Shown: piece after piece, positions 35,301 to 48,870 of the stretch
Layout of the letters: the number at the start of each line of letters is the position of its first letter
Position numbering within the stretch: position 1 is the first letter of the stretch
Source of the DNA: Squalus acanthias
Lineage: Eukaryota
Assembly: GCA_030390025.1 (NCBI GenBank)
Contig: CM059432.1
Coordinates: forward strand, 51,586,001-51,650,000
Reading direction: 5' to 3'
DNA length: 64,000 bases
Program-made: the position numbers and the translations under genes
Notes under the pieces: generated by a model
What the model was told of the DNA's origin: nothing
The model's input: the letters and a program-made list of their open reading frames with translations, nothing else
The model's database searches: none

Positions 35301-37194
35301 ACTTCTTCTTTTGCAAGTTCTATTCCTCCCATGGAGTATATGTGCCTCATGTTTTTACTTTAATTATGCAGTACCTTGCATTTGTCTGCATTGAGTTTCA
35401 TTTGACACTGTTCAGCCTAGTGCAAATCTTGTTGAACTCTTTTTGTTTGAATCTGGGTTGATCAATATTGTAAGAGCGCAATGTGCAATAGGACACAATG
35501 CTTTAGGCCAATTGATGGCTTCAGCTACTTCCTCCTCTATTAATCCATCACATCAGTGCTGTTCTCCTGGTCAGGAGGCTTTAATGATTCAGCCGACAGT
35601 CATCACCATAGATCTCATCAATACTTTAATATCATTTGAGATTGGAACTTGGACTTGACTCTCCTACCTGTTAATCCAGTGCATCTAGTGTTGATGCTGT
35701 TGAGCAGACTGCTGTTATATATTTGTTTATAAGATTAGTAGCATAAATCCTGATCCCACATCAGATAACAGTGTTTCATTACATGAACTGTCTTGGCAAG
35801 CTAAAGGAGCACCAATGATTTGCTAAACTGTTCAGTTTCCAGCACTGTAATATTTGTCTTCATTCTGTGCATTGCCACAGAGTGTCTATCTCTCTCTCTC
35901 TCATTCTTCCACAACCAGTAAATTGAAGTTTACTTTTCTTGTCACACTCAGCGTCAATCGCATTGTCATTAACGTACACCTGAAGAGCCATGTGACCTCT
36001 CCCGAATGAGTTTCAGCAATTCAGTAAGCCTTTCCCCCCACGGCACCTGCCCTCCCCCCACCCTCCATTTTCTGACTCTAGGGTGCTTCAAGCCGCTCTT
36101 GTATTGAATTGAATTGCCTGATACTCTGAATGTTTTAATTTATTCCCTGTGCTACGATCCTTTTTACTTCACAGTAGCAGCTCTGAAGCAGAGAATTGAA
36201 AGGTCCTGAGGTTGAATGAAATTGCATCGTGCTTGGATTTTACAGTAGTCATCAACCCATCAGTCTCTTCCTATAGGCTAACCAAAATACTGTAATTAAT
36301 TCTTCATGTAAAAGCTGTCCCAAAGTGCACAGTCTCTGAACAATGTGATAAGACAGGGATTTCAGTTCTTGTAAGAAATGCATGATAAATTTGATTATCA
36401 TTCTTGTAGATGTTAAGTTGACAAAGAAAAAAGTTGTTCTTGCAACGTGCCAAGCATCTTCAGTTATTCTGAAACAATGCACATATCAATAATGAAAACC
36501 TGTAAATGATTAAGTATGTCTAATGCAACTCTGTTTATCATAGCATTTATTTTGTAATTCATTACTATTTTCAGAAATTTCAGAACCAAGTCATTTGATA
36601 TTCATTTCTCCATAATTCACCCCATTTTTATATTGTATATTAAAGCCCACTAAATGCTGCAATTCCACGATTTCCTTAATTTTAAAATCTGGACTTCCCA
36701 AAACATTAGCAATGTTGCCAGTGAACTGCATAAGCCTGCGTATGATTATCATAGAAATGCTTAATGCTCTCTGTGAAAATAGCCAAGAGAGGAATTTGAT
36801 ATAAAAGCGTTTAGCTCTTACACGATAACGTCGCTCATAGTTGTTTCCAGTCTATAGGCTTTTTCAGAGGATGATGTGCAAAATATTTTGACAGCCTAGA
36901 ATTACACACAAAACTGTAGGAGCACAGAGAACCCTCAGAGTTCTCTTCACAAAGCTATATGCGTTAGAGTTATGCAAAAATTCCTGAGACTTCAATCGTT
37001 GATCTTTTTCTGAGGAGAAATCACTTCCCCTTTTGATCTTCAGCAAGAACAAAAGAGGAACACCCAATGCGACCCATACTGTTGAATCTTTTTTTTAAAG
37101 AATCTCTATATCTGTTTTGCAAAGCAGCTATTTTGATGGAGGGTTCACAAAATAGTACTTATTTATTTCTGCTGAAGCTAAATAAAACTAACTG

Positions 37195-37782
37195 CAATTA
37201 TATAGGGCCCTGGTGAGACCACACCTGGAGTATTGTGTACAGTTTGGGTCTCCTTACCTAAGGAAGGATATACTTGCCATAGAGGGAGTGCAACAAAGGT
37301 TCACCAGACTGATTCCTGGGATGGGGGGATTGTCCTATGAGGAGAGATTGAGTAGACTACGACTATATTCTCTGGAGTTTAGAAGAATAAGAGGTGATCT
37401 CATTGAAACATACAAAATTATTACAGCAATTGACAGGGTAGATGCAGGGAGGATGTTTCCCCTCACTGGGAAGTCTAGAACCAGGGGTCACAGTCTCAGA
37501 ATAAGGGATCGGCCATTTAGGACTGAGATAAGGAGAAATTTCTTCACTCAGAGGGTGGTGAATCTTTGGAATTCTCTACCCCTGAGGGATGTGGAGGCTC
37601 AGTCATTGAGTATATTCAAGACAGAGATCGATAGATTTTTGGATATTGAGGGAATCAAGGGATATGGGGATAGTGCAGGAAAGTGGAGTTGAGGTAGAAG
37701 ATCAGCTCTGATCTTATTGAATGGTGGAGCAGGCTCGAGGGGCCGAATGGCCTACTCCTGTTCCTATTTCTTATGTTCTTAT
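37195..37782 (+). mobile_element. CR1 3' fragment
   Basis: ORF 37213-37692 plus CR1 tail; same subfamily as 30-1139. Confidence 0.93.
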
Positions 37783-37821
37783 GTAACCCCCTCCACCTTG
37801 CTGCAGTTAATACAAAACCTT

Positions 37822-39482
37822 GGGGGGAAATTTTTCAGGGGGTCAGTGGGCGCGATCGGTGGCGGGTTGGGTGGGGAAAAGAAAATTTTGACAGCCGGTC
37901 GGGACCCCGCTGTCAACCCGCCACCACGCGCCTTTCCCAAATGTCGGGTCTGTCAATGCTGATCAGAGCCGACACACAGCGGCAGGGGAGGCAATTAAGA
38001 TCATTATGACCTTGTTAACAGAGCATTAAGAACTATTTTCAGCTTACCTTCAGAGTTTACCAGGTCACCCACGGGGTCTACGCTGCTCGGGGATCACGTC
38101 AGGTAAGCAGGTCGGGAGTTGTATGACCATGGAATCATCTCATTACTTGACAGCTGCAAATGTGCTATAAAAGCTCCCATCTCACAGCTGTTCACTTTCC
38201 AAGCTCAGAAGTTGTTGCTTTCTGCTTTTGGAAGACAGATTGGGCTTTATGCAGGTTGCAAGTGTTTGAAGCAAACTCTCTATCCAGTGTCACCTCATTG
38301 GAACAACCGCTCTCACCATTTACAGATCACTTCTGTCATCTTAAATTCACCTGCCATCTATTCCATCAGCATCAGTGTCCTTGAAACTATTTCACCTTGG
38401 TTCTCAGAATCCCACCACGATCAGCCCCACCAGCAGCAGCACTGACGCTGCACAGGACAGAGGGCATCAGCACCCGACTACATTGCCACCCGGGAGGCCA
38501 GGGATGGCCTCACCATGGCCAGATTTACTTCACTTGACGCTGTACACCCTGGCTGCCACATGCTGCACCAGGTTGGCACCACCCCACACCAACACCATAA
38601 AGCATCCCTACAATGCCCAAGCCATTCCTTTCACATTCATCACCATTGCGGGGGGTACCGTTATGTCTCACCATTCACTGCAACTCACTAAGCCACTTCC
38701 AAAGGTGCACACAAATCTGTCCAAGAACGCAAAGTGTTGAAAATAAAGGATTCATTTTTTAACAACACATTAACACAAACTTTACATGAACATTGCATAA
38801 AACACCCGAGAGCCTACCCTTGTGTGTTGTTAGTTGGTATGATTGCACTAGGATGAGGGTGAGTATGAGGGGTGGCTAGTGAGATGGGGAAGTGATAATG
38901 TAGATAGAGAGGGATGGGTGGAGGTGTGAGTAACAATGTGCAGGTGTAGGGTAGGGAAGGCAGAGTGATGGGGATGTGATGTGGCACAGCAGGATGAGGT
39001 TGAGTGTGGCTTTGCAGTAACGTTTCGTAATCTACTGAGATCATTGAAAGGTTTGTGCCACTGGAGCCTGGTCCTCCTGACGTCTTCCTTGCTTGTGTCC
39101 TCCTGTGCAATGTGCAACCTGGCTGCGATGGTGTCCTGGGGAGGTCTCTTCCGCCCATGGGGAGGGAAGAGAACCTCCCTGTGTGCTGTGGGAGAGCCTG
39201 GGTGCAGCCGTGCACCTCTGTGCATTGCTTGTCAGTGTCTGCAGCACCTCAATGCTGTAGAACATTGATAGCACAAATGTCAAAATCAGTTTGTGCATGG
39301 TCCCTTTAAGGAAACTGGCTGATGACGCATCATCAAATTATGTCATCAGACCCGCTTCCTTCAATTGGCTGGCAAATGCGCAGGGCGGGTTGAACAAGCC
39401 CAATCAGGGAAAAATCATTTTGGACAGCGGGCTGGAGCCAGCAGCGAGGCCGAGACCCGCCATGGATGGTAAAATCCAGCCC
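37822..39482 (-). mobile_element. Non-autonomous Harbinger derivative (same family as 5672-7453)
   Basis: Ends GGGGGGAAATTTT / AAAATCCAGCCC; Myb remnant REVLFPPHGRKRPP...KPFNDL at 39225-39030. Confidence 0.85.
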
Positions 39483-40539
39483 AAGGTAATCAATTCAAAT
39501 AAACTGGGAAAAGTACGAAGCTCTATTCATTTGTACAGTATACTCCGCAGCACAAAATATTCAAATATACCTCCCTTGTGGGCTACCAGTATAGTATGAC
39601 GTATATCAAAATTACTATACCATCACATATATATAAAACTAAAATTGAGTTTGATGTGTAAAGATGAAGAAATCTTCCCAAGTCTCCGAAGTGAGTCAAA
39701 AGTAATTAAAAGGGCCATAATAACCAAAGTAAATTGCATTGTTCTGCTGTGTGTTCCAGCAACTGGTTTAATCAGCAAAAAAAAAATGCCTCGGGTGTTC
39801 CAGAGAGACAGAAGCATAAGAGCCCAGAGCCTACTGAACCCTTCATTCATATAGCTTTCCTTGGAGGAGTCTACCAGGGAGCAGCTGCAGTGCCAGCCCA
39901 TTGCAAACTGACATCACACAAAAGTACGAGGTCAGCTCATTTAAATATTTTTCTGAATCTACCTGCATGTAATGCATCATAGACTGGGGGCAGTGGGGGG
40001 AGGGGAGAGAAAGTTGCATGGCAGCAGCCAGTGAAGGGCTACTTCCTGCCTGTGAAGTGCCAACATGTTTTTCATGGGGCAGGGAAGGGGAATAGATAAT
40101 GGTGTTGGCAGAACAGTTGTGGCCAAATTGGAAAAGAGGAGGCGAGCCAGGTGGCCCGACTGATATGCAAGGACCACCCAAGCAAAGAAAATCAATTAAA
40201 AAAAAAAAATTAGGCCTCCTCTTTGGCCTTGTTGGGATTGGGTGCTTGGTGGCCACGCCCCAGTTGCATTATGGAGAGGCCCCTAACAGAAGTATTTTTA
40301 GCGAACCTAATAAGCCTCGTGCACAGTTTGTGACTAGACTCCCAGCAGCCTTCATGCTGGCTGGCCATATTCAGCTGCACTGAGCCCATTGGGTGCATCA
40401 AACACCTCAGGCCTCCTCACCTGATAATATGAGGAGCTGGCACACCTTCAGTGCCTTGAGCACCCACTATTACATTATAAGCCGCTTTATATTTGCAGTG
40501 TATATTCCCTCTATTAAATAGAGAATCTACAAAGGATTA

Positions 40540-41087
40540 CCTAAGATGTACAGCACAGAAACAGGCCATTCGGCTTAACCAGTCCATGCCGGCGTTAATG
40601 CTCCACTCGAGCCTCCTCCTGTTTTTCCTCATCTAACTCTATCAGTATAACCCTCTATTCCCTTCTCCCTCATATGCTTATCTAACCGCCCCTTAAATAC
40701 ATCTATACCATTCACTTCAACCACTCCCTGTGGTAGCGAGTTCCACATTCTCACCACGCTCTGGGTAAAGAAGTTTCTTCTGAATTTCCTATTGGATTTC
40801 TTGGTGACTATCTTATACGGATGGCCTCTAGTTGCTCTTCCCCACAAGTGGAAACACTCTCTCTGTATCTACTCTATCAAAACATTTCATGATTTTAAAG
40901 ACCTCTATTAGGTCACCCCTCAGCCTTCTCTTTTCAAGAGAAAAGAGACCCAGCCTGTTCATCCTTTCCTACCCTCGCATTTCTGGTATCATCCTTGTAA
41001 ATCGTCTCTGCACCCTCTTCAGTGCCTCTATATCCTTTTTATAATATGGCGACCAGAATTGTACACAGTACTCCAAGTGTGGTCTAA
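40540..41087 (-). mobile_element. CR1 3' fragment
   Basis: ORF 40629-40847 (TRGHPYK, RNFFTQSVVRMWNSLP). Confidence 0.9.
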
Positions 41088-41247
41088 TTTCTAGTCTGCT
41101 GCTTATAGAACAATCATAAACAAAACCTTACAAGTCTGGTACTTTCACAATTCTGACCTCCAGGCTTTGGAACCCCATTAAGTAGCACAATGAATCATTA
41201 TAAAACTGTTAATAATAGAAAAAATGACTGTTAATATATAATATATA

Positions 41248-41343
41248 ATAAAAACAGAAAATGCTGGAACTACTCAGCAGGTCAGGCAGCATCCGTGGAG
41301 CGAGAAACAGAGTTAACATTTCAGGTCGATAACCTTTCGTCAA
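41248..41343 (-). mobile_element. Penelope-like end with truncated hammerhead motif
   Basis: Minus strand TGACGA-A-AGGT/tatcg/ACCT-GAAA-TGTT-AAC, then CCTGACCTGCTGAGTA..TCCAGCATTTTCTG. Confidence 0.7.
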
Positions 41344-41863
41344 TATAATTTATTTATATGGAAAACAAACTTTCATATGCCACAATTCCAAACAAAAAAC
41401 CCGTAAACACACCTAGTAACTTTCACATCTATAATATCATTGTGATTAGTTAGAATGGCCTAATTAATATAACAATATTGAATGATCCTTGGATTTAAAC
41501 CAGCCCTTTCTTCCTCACCTCGTTTTCAAGATTATTATAACTTTCTTTCTCATGTCAGTATTTTTTCTTAGCTATTTCTTGCTCATTATTTTAGACTGCT
41601 TCCTTTTTTTAAAGTTTTGTCTGGGTAAGACTCTTTGATAACCGTTAATTTAATGCAAGAAGGTTCCAATCTACGACCAAAATATGAATGTGTTTGGTTT
41701 TCACTCCCTAAATTGTACAAGAAAAAAATTTAACATAATCATGATGCTAAACATTATTGTTCTACTGTATAAAAAAATTAAAACCCATGCAACACTTTGT
41801 AATGAACAGTATGCTTTTAAAATTTATAATGGTGATTATTGGGTGTGCCTATTCTGACACAAA

Positions 41864-42650
41864 GGGCTGGATTTTGCCAATGGGGAGCTTTTGGAGGCGG
41901 GACTCCCACTTGTCGGGTTTTAGTCCCGCCTCCACCGACTTCTGGCCAACCCATGCTATTTTCCCTTGATTGACCTTGTTAAGCCTGCCCAGCTTAACAA
42001 AAAAAATTTGACAGATGAATTGTCATCGTTTGACAGCTCTGTGAAGCTGTCAAACACTGACATTCTCTGTAGTTTGATGAGTTCTTGAATTCAAGACTCA
42101 TCAAACCTCTTTCTTTTGCAGAAATTAGATGGTTGTTGCATTGGAGAATGCAATGGCCATCTGTTCTCTCTGCTGCGGAGATGCGAGACTCTCCGCATCC
42201 CCAACTCTTGAAGCCTGCAGGAAGAAACAAAGGTAAGTAAACTTTTTCCAACACTTTCCACTTAACCTCACATACTCACCTCTCCACACTTGCATCCATC
42301 ACTTACCTTCACAGTGCACTTTTGCACCCCTCCAATCCCCGCAGACCCACTGCTCGCCTCGGTGACCCTGGCGGGGTTCGCAGCCTTCGGGGAGCTTGCA
42401 CTTGTGTGGGTAAAATGGGGATAATCCTCTTATCTGCCTGTTAACTACCTGTTAACAGGCAGTTAAGTGGCTTATAATCCCCTTCCCGCCTCCAAGGAGA
42501 CGGGACCCGGCGCGGGTCAGCTACCCGCCTCCTGGCAAGATGGCACAGAGGCGGGTTGGGGGCAGGATGGTCACCCACCCCCAGATTCTGCCATTTTCCC
42601 GGCAGTCCTGCTTCTATACCCGCCTCCCCAGGGCTGGCAAGATCACACCC
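41864..42650. mobile_element. Harbinger-type MITE rich in internal hairpins
   Basis: GGGCTGGATTTTGCCA / TGGCAAGATCACACCC termini. Confidence 0.75.
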
Positions 42651-42653
42651 ATA

Positions 42654-42817
42654 GTGTACAATTTTAACCTAACCTGGCAATGGGGCGGATCGGGTGCAAT
42701 GCTGGTTTTACACCCCACCCGATTTTACTTTCTATTGAAGTCAGTGGAGAGTAATATTGGATGTTCCACCCGATCCCTTGGGTTTCCCACCCAGCAAGTC
42801 AGGTTAAGATTGCCCCC
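42654..42817. mobile_element. Short foldback MITE
   Basis: CAATTTTAACCT / AGGTTAAGATTGCCCCC, TSD ATA. Confidence 0.7.
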
Positions 42818-43481
42818 ATAGTATTTCATAACCAATTGTCAAAACCATTGCAGTCACAGACCTGAATTTATTGAAATGAATAGTTTCAAACCCCTATCAA
42901 TTAATTACATTTTGGTTTACCATTTCCCGTTGAACCTCTGATGTTACAACTGTACAGAAGCCAATTTGTTAAAAAATTAGGTTATTTGAAACAAAAGATG
43001 TTCAGTGACTTTTCTTAGCTTGCTGCAGTATGTCACACAAAATCAATATTCTACCTACATGATAATGTCAATGAACACAACATAGTCAATTTGTCAATCT
43101 GGTGCTATGATTCCTGCAGACTGTTGGCATATTGGAATGTAAAGCTTAGCCTCAAGTATATTATAGTCACTACAGTACTTTGTGTCCAGCACAGAATACA
43201 ATAATAAGCCTTGGCACTGAATCATGCTGTAATTACTGCAGGAGGGTCAATGGTCACTGGCATTGATTGCATTACTGAATTCATTGCCATTCTGAGCAGC
43301 ATTGAATTTTAGAAGTGCTGATTACTGCATGTTATGAAATTACTTTAAATTCTCCATCACAACTTCTGTCATGGAAAAGGTCAGTCCGATTGTTAAAACT
43401 TCAACCAATTTTCATATTTCTACATGTTCTATTAATCATGACTAACTGTAATTTAGTATTGTTGCAGTGCATTGATACTTA

Positions 43482-44128
43482 AGGGGTGATTTTAATCCTA
43501 CCCGCCCGGCAGAAACTGGGCGGATGGGACAGTAAAAATTGGCCAGGTGATTTACCCACCGACGCCCTCTTCAATTTTAATCTACTCTTCTGAGCAGACA
43601 GCAAGGGCACATGCCTAAACCCGGCAAGGTCCTTGTTTAAATATGTAGATCAAAGTCCAATGACATCATCAGGCCTCAACTGCAATTTTCCTGAGCAATG
43701 AAGCCATTTTGACTTTTTTGCCGGGTGTAGACAGCGGGAAGAGGCTATGGAAACAGAAGAGGCCCGTTAAGGTCAGTTTTTTTTTACTTTCCTTGTGAGA
43801 CCAGGTGGAGCAGAAGTGCTCTTCTGGGCTCCACAAGGAAAGTGTAGGCCTCCCCTGTCCCGCACTACCCCTCTTCCCTCCTTGCAACTTACCTTCTTGC
43901 TGGCCAGCCTCCCTTTGGTGCCAGCCAGCGGCTTCATGCTGTCTAATTTTTGCTTCTGCTAATTCCCACCTGTTTCAGGCAGGCAGCTCACCATCAGCTG
44001 GCAGATGAGGCCCAGTCATTCGATTCACTCAGGCCTCATGCTGTCGTGGTTGGGGTTGCGGGGGGGGGCGTTGGTGCTCATCCCATCCCTTGTCTGCCCA
44101 AAGCCTGCTCTGGGTTAAAATTGAAGCA
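43482..44128. mobile_element. Degenerate Harbinger-type MITE
   Basis: GGGGTGATTTTAATCC start, GGGTTAAAATTG end; shares blocks with 17657-18364. Confidence 0.55.
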
Positions 44129-44175
44129 TAGTTTCTTTCTTCACTACAACTCTACTGTGAACCATTGTGGACTTT

Positions 44176-44982
44176 GGCCATGAAATTTGGTTCCTTTGTG
44201 CCTGCCGTTAGTGCCTCTGGGGGGCGCTAACAGGGCGCAAAGGGCTTATCGCTCGGGTGGGGGCACGCCCCCCGAGAAATTCGGCGGGGCGCTACTGAGG
44301 CGCTAGCCGTTAGTACTGTGCCTCCACCAGTAGCGCCCCGGGATGCTGCACCACCGGCAATGACATCATCGCCATGCATCGCGACCCCTTAGCACCCCGC
44401 CATTACCCCTTACTGCCCTGCGGCAGAAATTCAGCTGCACCCCACGAGACTGCCACGGGCGATGTCGGCGCCAGCCTCGCAGGTCGCGAGCCGGGCCGAC
44501 CTCCATTTGTGGGGCGCTAATTAAAGGGAGGTGCGGCCGCAACCCGCACTGGCATTTTATTTTTTTTGGCCGACCTCCAGTTCGGCACTCCGTGGCGGCC
44601 CTTGCCATGGTCCGTGGCCGTCATCGTGCTGCCCAGCACCGCGTCTCAGTGCCGGGCTGCAACCAAGGCACCACGCCGCCCTGGTGGGCTGGTGTGGGCC
44701 ATCGGAGGCCCTGCGTAGCTCGCAGTGTCCCTCCCCTTTAACGGAAGGGGAGAGATGCTGAAACGTGTCAGCATTACGCGGAGTGGCCGCATAGCGCTCC
44801 GGTGCTTTGTGCCCCCGACACCGCCCCAAGAGGAAGTGGAGCACCCAAGATAGCGCTCTGCTTCCTCGCCGGGGCAGTAAGCCGAATTTAGCGGCCGGGG
44901 CAGTACTTCCATGCCGGGTGCTAAATCTCCAGCGATAATTCAGTTACCACTCCCAAACAGGGCTTAACCGAATTTAGCCCCC
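44176..44982. mobile_element. CpG-rich Harbinger-type MITE
   Basis: TSD TTT; TIR-like GGCCATGAAATTTGGTT / AACCGAATTTAGCCCCC; repeated GGCGCTA motifs. Confidence 0.75.
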
Positions 44983-46899
44983 TTTGTGTCACATCCAAGA
45001 GTTTGGTTCTGATCCTTTAACCTGCACTCTACAGCTGCTATTTATAGTCAAAGAATTGTAGGTGCAAGTGATCTACTATACTTCCTTCATAAAAATGTTT
45101 GGCAAACCTATCTTCACTTGTTTACACATGACAAAAATGTAGTCTCTCAGCAAATTTTTAAAAAATTTGCCAAACTTTTTAATACAAATCGTGTCCTTCT
45201 ATCGTTATTTGTATAAAGGAACTACATTATTTAGTCAACTGAAGTAAGCCCGCTCTCTAAAATTATATTGGAACTTTTACATTTGTTCTCAGTAGTTCAG
45301 CTCTCAAGCTGTTCCTGATGTGTGGCACCAACTGTTAGTCATTTTATCCATGAATATTTGATTGACTTCAGCTGTACAGGATATTGAGAGAATAATGGAA
45401 ACCACCTGAGACCAGTTTGAGAGGTTTGAATCACATGAATGAGGCTCAAGCAATTTATATTGATCATAATAACATAAAACAGAATTCAGGAATGTCAAGC
45501 AGTGGTGTTGCAAGCTGGAGCACTAACATGTTGCATCACAGTAATGGACGATGCAGGTTTGATTCCCCCATACCAATGAGCTGACAGTCTCAGCCATGCT
45601 GAGATTGATCAGGCTTTTCGGAGAGGCTGAGGCCTTCAGGTGAAAACTTTGATGAAACCATTAAAAAACCACAAAAGATGATTCAATAGATAAATTTAAT
45701 ATATCATTGTAATATATATGTCATTTTTGATTTTGTTTAAACTTATTTTGGACATTCGAAATGTTAGTCACTGAGGAATGTGTGATGTCTGAAAAGAAAA
45801 TTCAGAAAACATTTTGAGAGAAGTGAGAAACCGATAGCCAGATTTTACCACTTTACACAATCAGAGTGATAAGTTTATATAGGCAAAATCCCCAATAAAT
45901 ATGGACATTGGAATTTATACTCGGAAAATCTGACGCAAAAAGTGTGACAAAAATGTAACAACAGAAGGTCATATGGCACAGACAGGAACTGCGAGCAGAT
46001 GTAAGATTTTTAATATATTATAGATAATGTCCTTTGAAAAATTCATTACATGTTGGCCTGAAATTATTCTTGTTTACTCTTTTTAAATGTGTTTGGATTG
46101 TTTCCTTTTGCAATTGGCTCCAATATTTTTATTACAGCAGATGTCAAGGCATCAGGCCTGCAATTCCCGGGATTCAGGCTCTGACTATTTCAAAAGGTTA
46201 CGAAATAGCTTATCTATTCTAATTTTCTGGTACCACTCCTGTGTCCAGTCAACTGTGAACCAATATCTGATGCATTTCTCCCTCCTTCTACCCTAATTTC
46301 TATAAGTATTCTGGGATCTAATACATTTTTTCATTGTGCCTTATGAATATTCAAATAGTGTCGTTTTCCATTCATTGTTCATCACTAACCTCTGTTATCT
46401 TCATGAATTCAGTTGTATTCCCACCCCTCTAATTGCTACCAACATCTTGTACAGTGAAAAGAGTTGAGGAACAGTCATTTAAAAGTTGCAGCATACTGTT
46501 CCCTCCCTTACTTGTTCTGCCTGTTTTGAATTGAATTAAAAAGCTTTACTTGCAATCTTAATGGAAACTGGATTTCCAAACATGTCTATCATCTGGTTTA
46601 TTGTCTTACAACACCTACTTTAAGTTGTTTACCAATTCTGCTGCTTTCTTTTTCTTTAAATCATATAAGTGGTTTATTTATCCATAATGCTGTCTTTAAA
46701 ATCCTTCTTAAGAATTTCTAAAACTATAATATTGAATATGAAACCAAAGTATATAAGCAAATAAGGTAACCAAGCAATTGTCAAAATTGGTAAGGCAGTT
46801 AAAATAGAAGTTAAAAAAAAAATAAAACCAATCAACAACGTCAGCCAATCGGCTTCCCACCAGTGTGTTAAGCAAGTGATTGAGACATTGAGCAAGATG

Positions 46900-47260
46900 C
46901 CCAGTTCATAACCTTTCCTTTGGGCCTAGCACATCAGCATGATAGGACTGCCAACCTTTATAGAGTGGCAGAATTTCTGCAGATGCAAGATGCAATCAAC
47001 TACTCCCACATCACCATATGTGTCTGTTTTGAGAATGGAATCAACTTTATCAACAGAAAAGGGTTTCACTGCATGACTGTACAATTGGAGTGTGGTCAGA
47101 ACCACTTCATAAAGCTTTTACTTTTAGACAGTATACCACCACATTACTGTTTACTGGTGAAAGTCAAGTGTCTGAATGGCGGATCAGAGATCAGGTCTAC
47201 CCTCTGCTGATGACCCCAGTTAATTTCCCTACTACCTGGCTCAGCATTGATATAATGAGC
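46900..47260 (+). pseudogene. Old Harbinger transposase remnant (catalytic region)
   Basis: ORF 46920-47210 VAEFLQMQDAINYSHI...FINRKGFHCMTVQLEC, then DQVYPLLMTPV. Confidence 0.78.
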
Positions 47261-47600
47261 ACTGCAGGAACTCATCAAGGCTTCTTCGACAGCGCCTCCC
47301 AAAACCGTGACCTCTTCCACCTAGAAGGACAAGGGCAGCATGGGAACACCACCACCTCCAAATTCCCCTCCATGTCACACACCATCCTGTCTTGGAAGTA
47401 TATCGCCAATCCTTCATTGTCGCTGGGTCAAAATCCTGGAACTCCCTCCCTAACAGCACTGTGGGAGTATCTTCACCACACGGACTGCAGCAGTTCAAGA
47501 AGGCGGCTCACCACCACCTTCTTAAGGGCAATTAGGGATAGGCAATAAATGTTGGCCTTGCCAGCGATGCCCACATCCCATGAACGAATACGAAAAAACT
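47261..47600 (+). mobile_element. CR1/L2-group poly(A) LINE 3' fragment
   Basis: Collinear with 16415-16760. Confidence 0.88.
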
Positions 47601-47644
47601 GTCATGACAGTAAAATTAGTCCTAACATCTTTTTCAAATATATC

Positions 47645-48041
47645 GGGCCAAAAATTCGGCCCTTCCCGGGTGAGTACGCACTGTGTACTCACCCGTAAGG
47701 CGTCCTGAAGTGCCGGTTTCCTGCATGCACTGCGCATGCGCGGAAAACCGGAACTTCCGGTCTGGTGAAGGGGCCGATTTCAATTCATAGATTTGACAGG
47801 TCTTGTCAAATCTATGAATGAAAGATGGTCTGCTGCCATTGGCTCTCCATGGCCCACGTGATCCCAGGGGACGCATTGCACTAACTGCGCCCCTGGGACA
47901 CGCAAGCACTGCGCGCCGGCACTTGGAGCAGGCCCAGGAGCTGAAGTTCCCGTGGACCCAGAGGTCAACGGCAGGCGCGGTAGGTAAGTGCGCGCGCGAT
48001 CCTTACCCCCATGGCAAGCCAGAGAGGCGAATTTCAGGGCC
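47645..48041. mobile_element. Harbinger-type MITE, internally deleted version of 62884-63649
   Basis: GGGCCAAAAATTCG / CGAATTTCAGGGCC, TSD ATC. Confidence 0.85.
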
Positions 48042-48870
48042 ATCATATAATTCACATGTTGATACTTAGCTCTTCTCCACAACAGCCAAGGCTTCTGTGT
48101 TGGAAGCATTCTGTTACTCTTTCTCCCAGGCATTCCTCCACCTTGTCCCAAATGAATCTTCACATATACCATAAGTACTAACAATTTTTTAATTAACAGA
48201 AATATGTGTGCTGTTTACTTGAGACTTTGCCTCCCCTTCGGTCCTGAAATTGTGTGTCCTTTCAAACCTGGGTTCCTACTTCTCCTTAGTGCTCTCTCTC
48301 TGGTAGGAAGTTCTGAAGTGGCTGGCTGGTGTTTTCCAGCAGGAGCTATTGGAACCTAAGGGATCTGCTGTAGGCTCTGTCTTGCCTGGTGCTGCAAGGA
48401 CAGTCTGGCCCTGAATACTTTCTAACAGATGTTCAGGCATCTGAGGGGGCTACTGAGAGCGTACACACATGATGCTGTTCTGAGAGACAGTTATGGATGT
48501 CCACACCTACAAGGCCACTCGTACTGGGCTCTGGCACTGCTTGGACACTGATCCACAGGAAAGCAGATTGAATGGTACCAACCAAATCATTGAAGCCCTG
48601 AAAGACAGTCCTCTGTAGCCTGGTGCTCAAGGCATCAATGACAGCAGTTGCAGCTGCCATGCTGACTGGCTTTAGTTCCACCAGTGTCAGGCTTCTGCTG
48701 TAGATCATTCTGGAGCTTTCTGACATTCCAGGATTGACGGCATAGCTGTACATACATGCAATCATGGTAGCGCAGATGTGGCTAGTGGACTCCTCCTATT
48801 AAGCCACCATCTACAACACATTCTCAAATACTGTCCTTTTTGCCTGAACCTGTTTGAAGCTGCATGCATA

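Noticed and set aside
44176..44982. CpG island / host promoter
   Set aside because: GC-rich block is bounded by TIR-like ends and a TTT TSD, so it is a MITE; no downstream exon found
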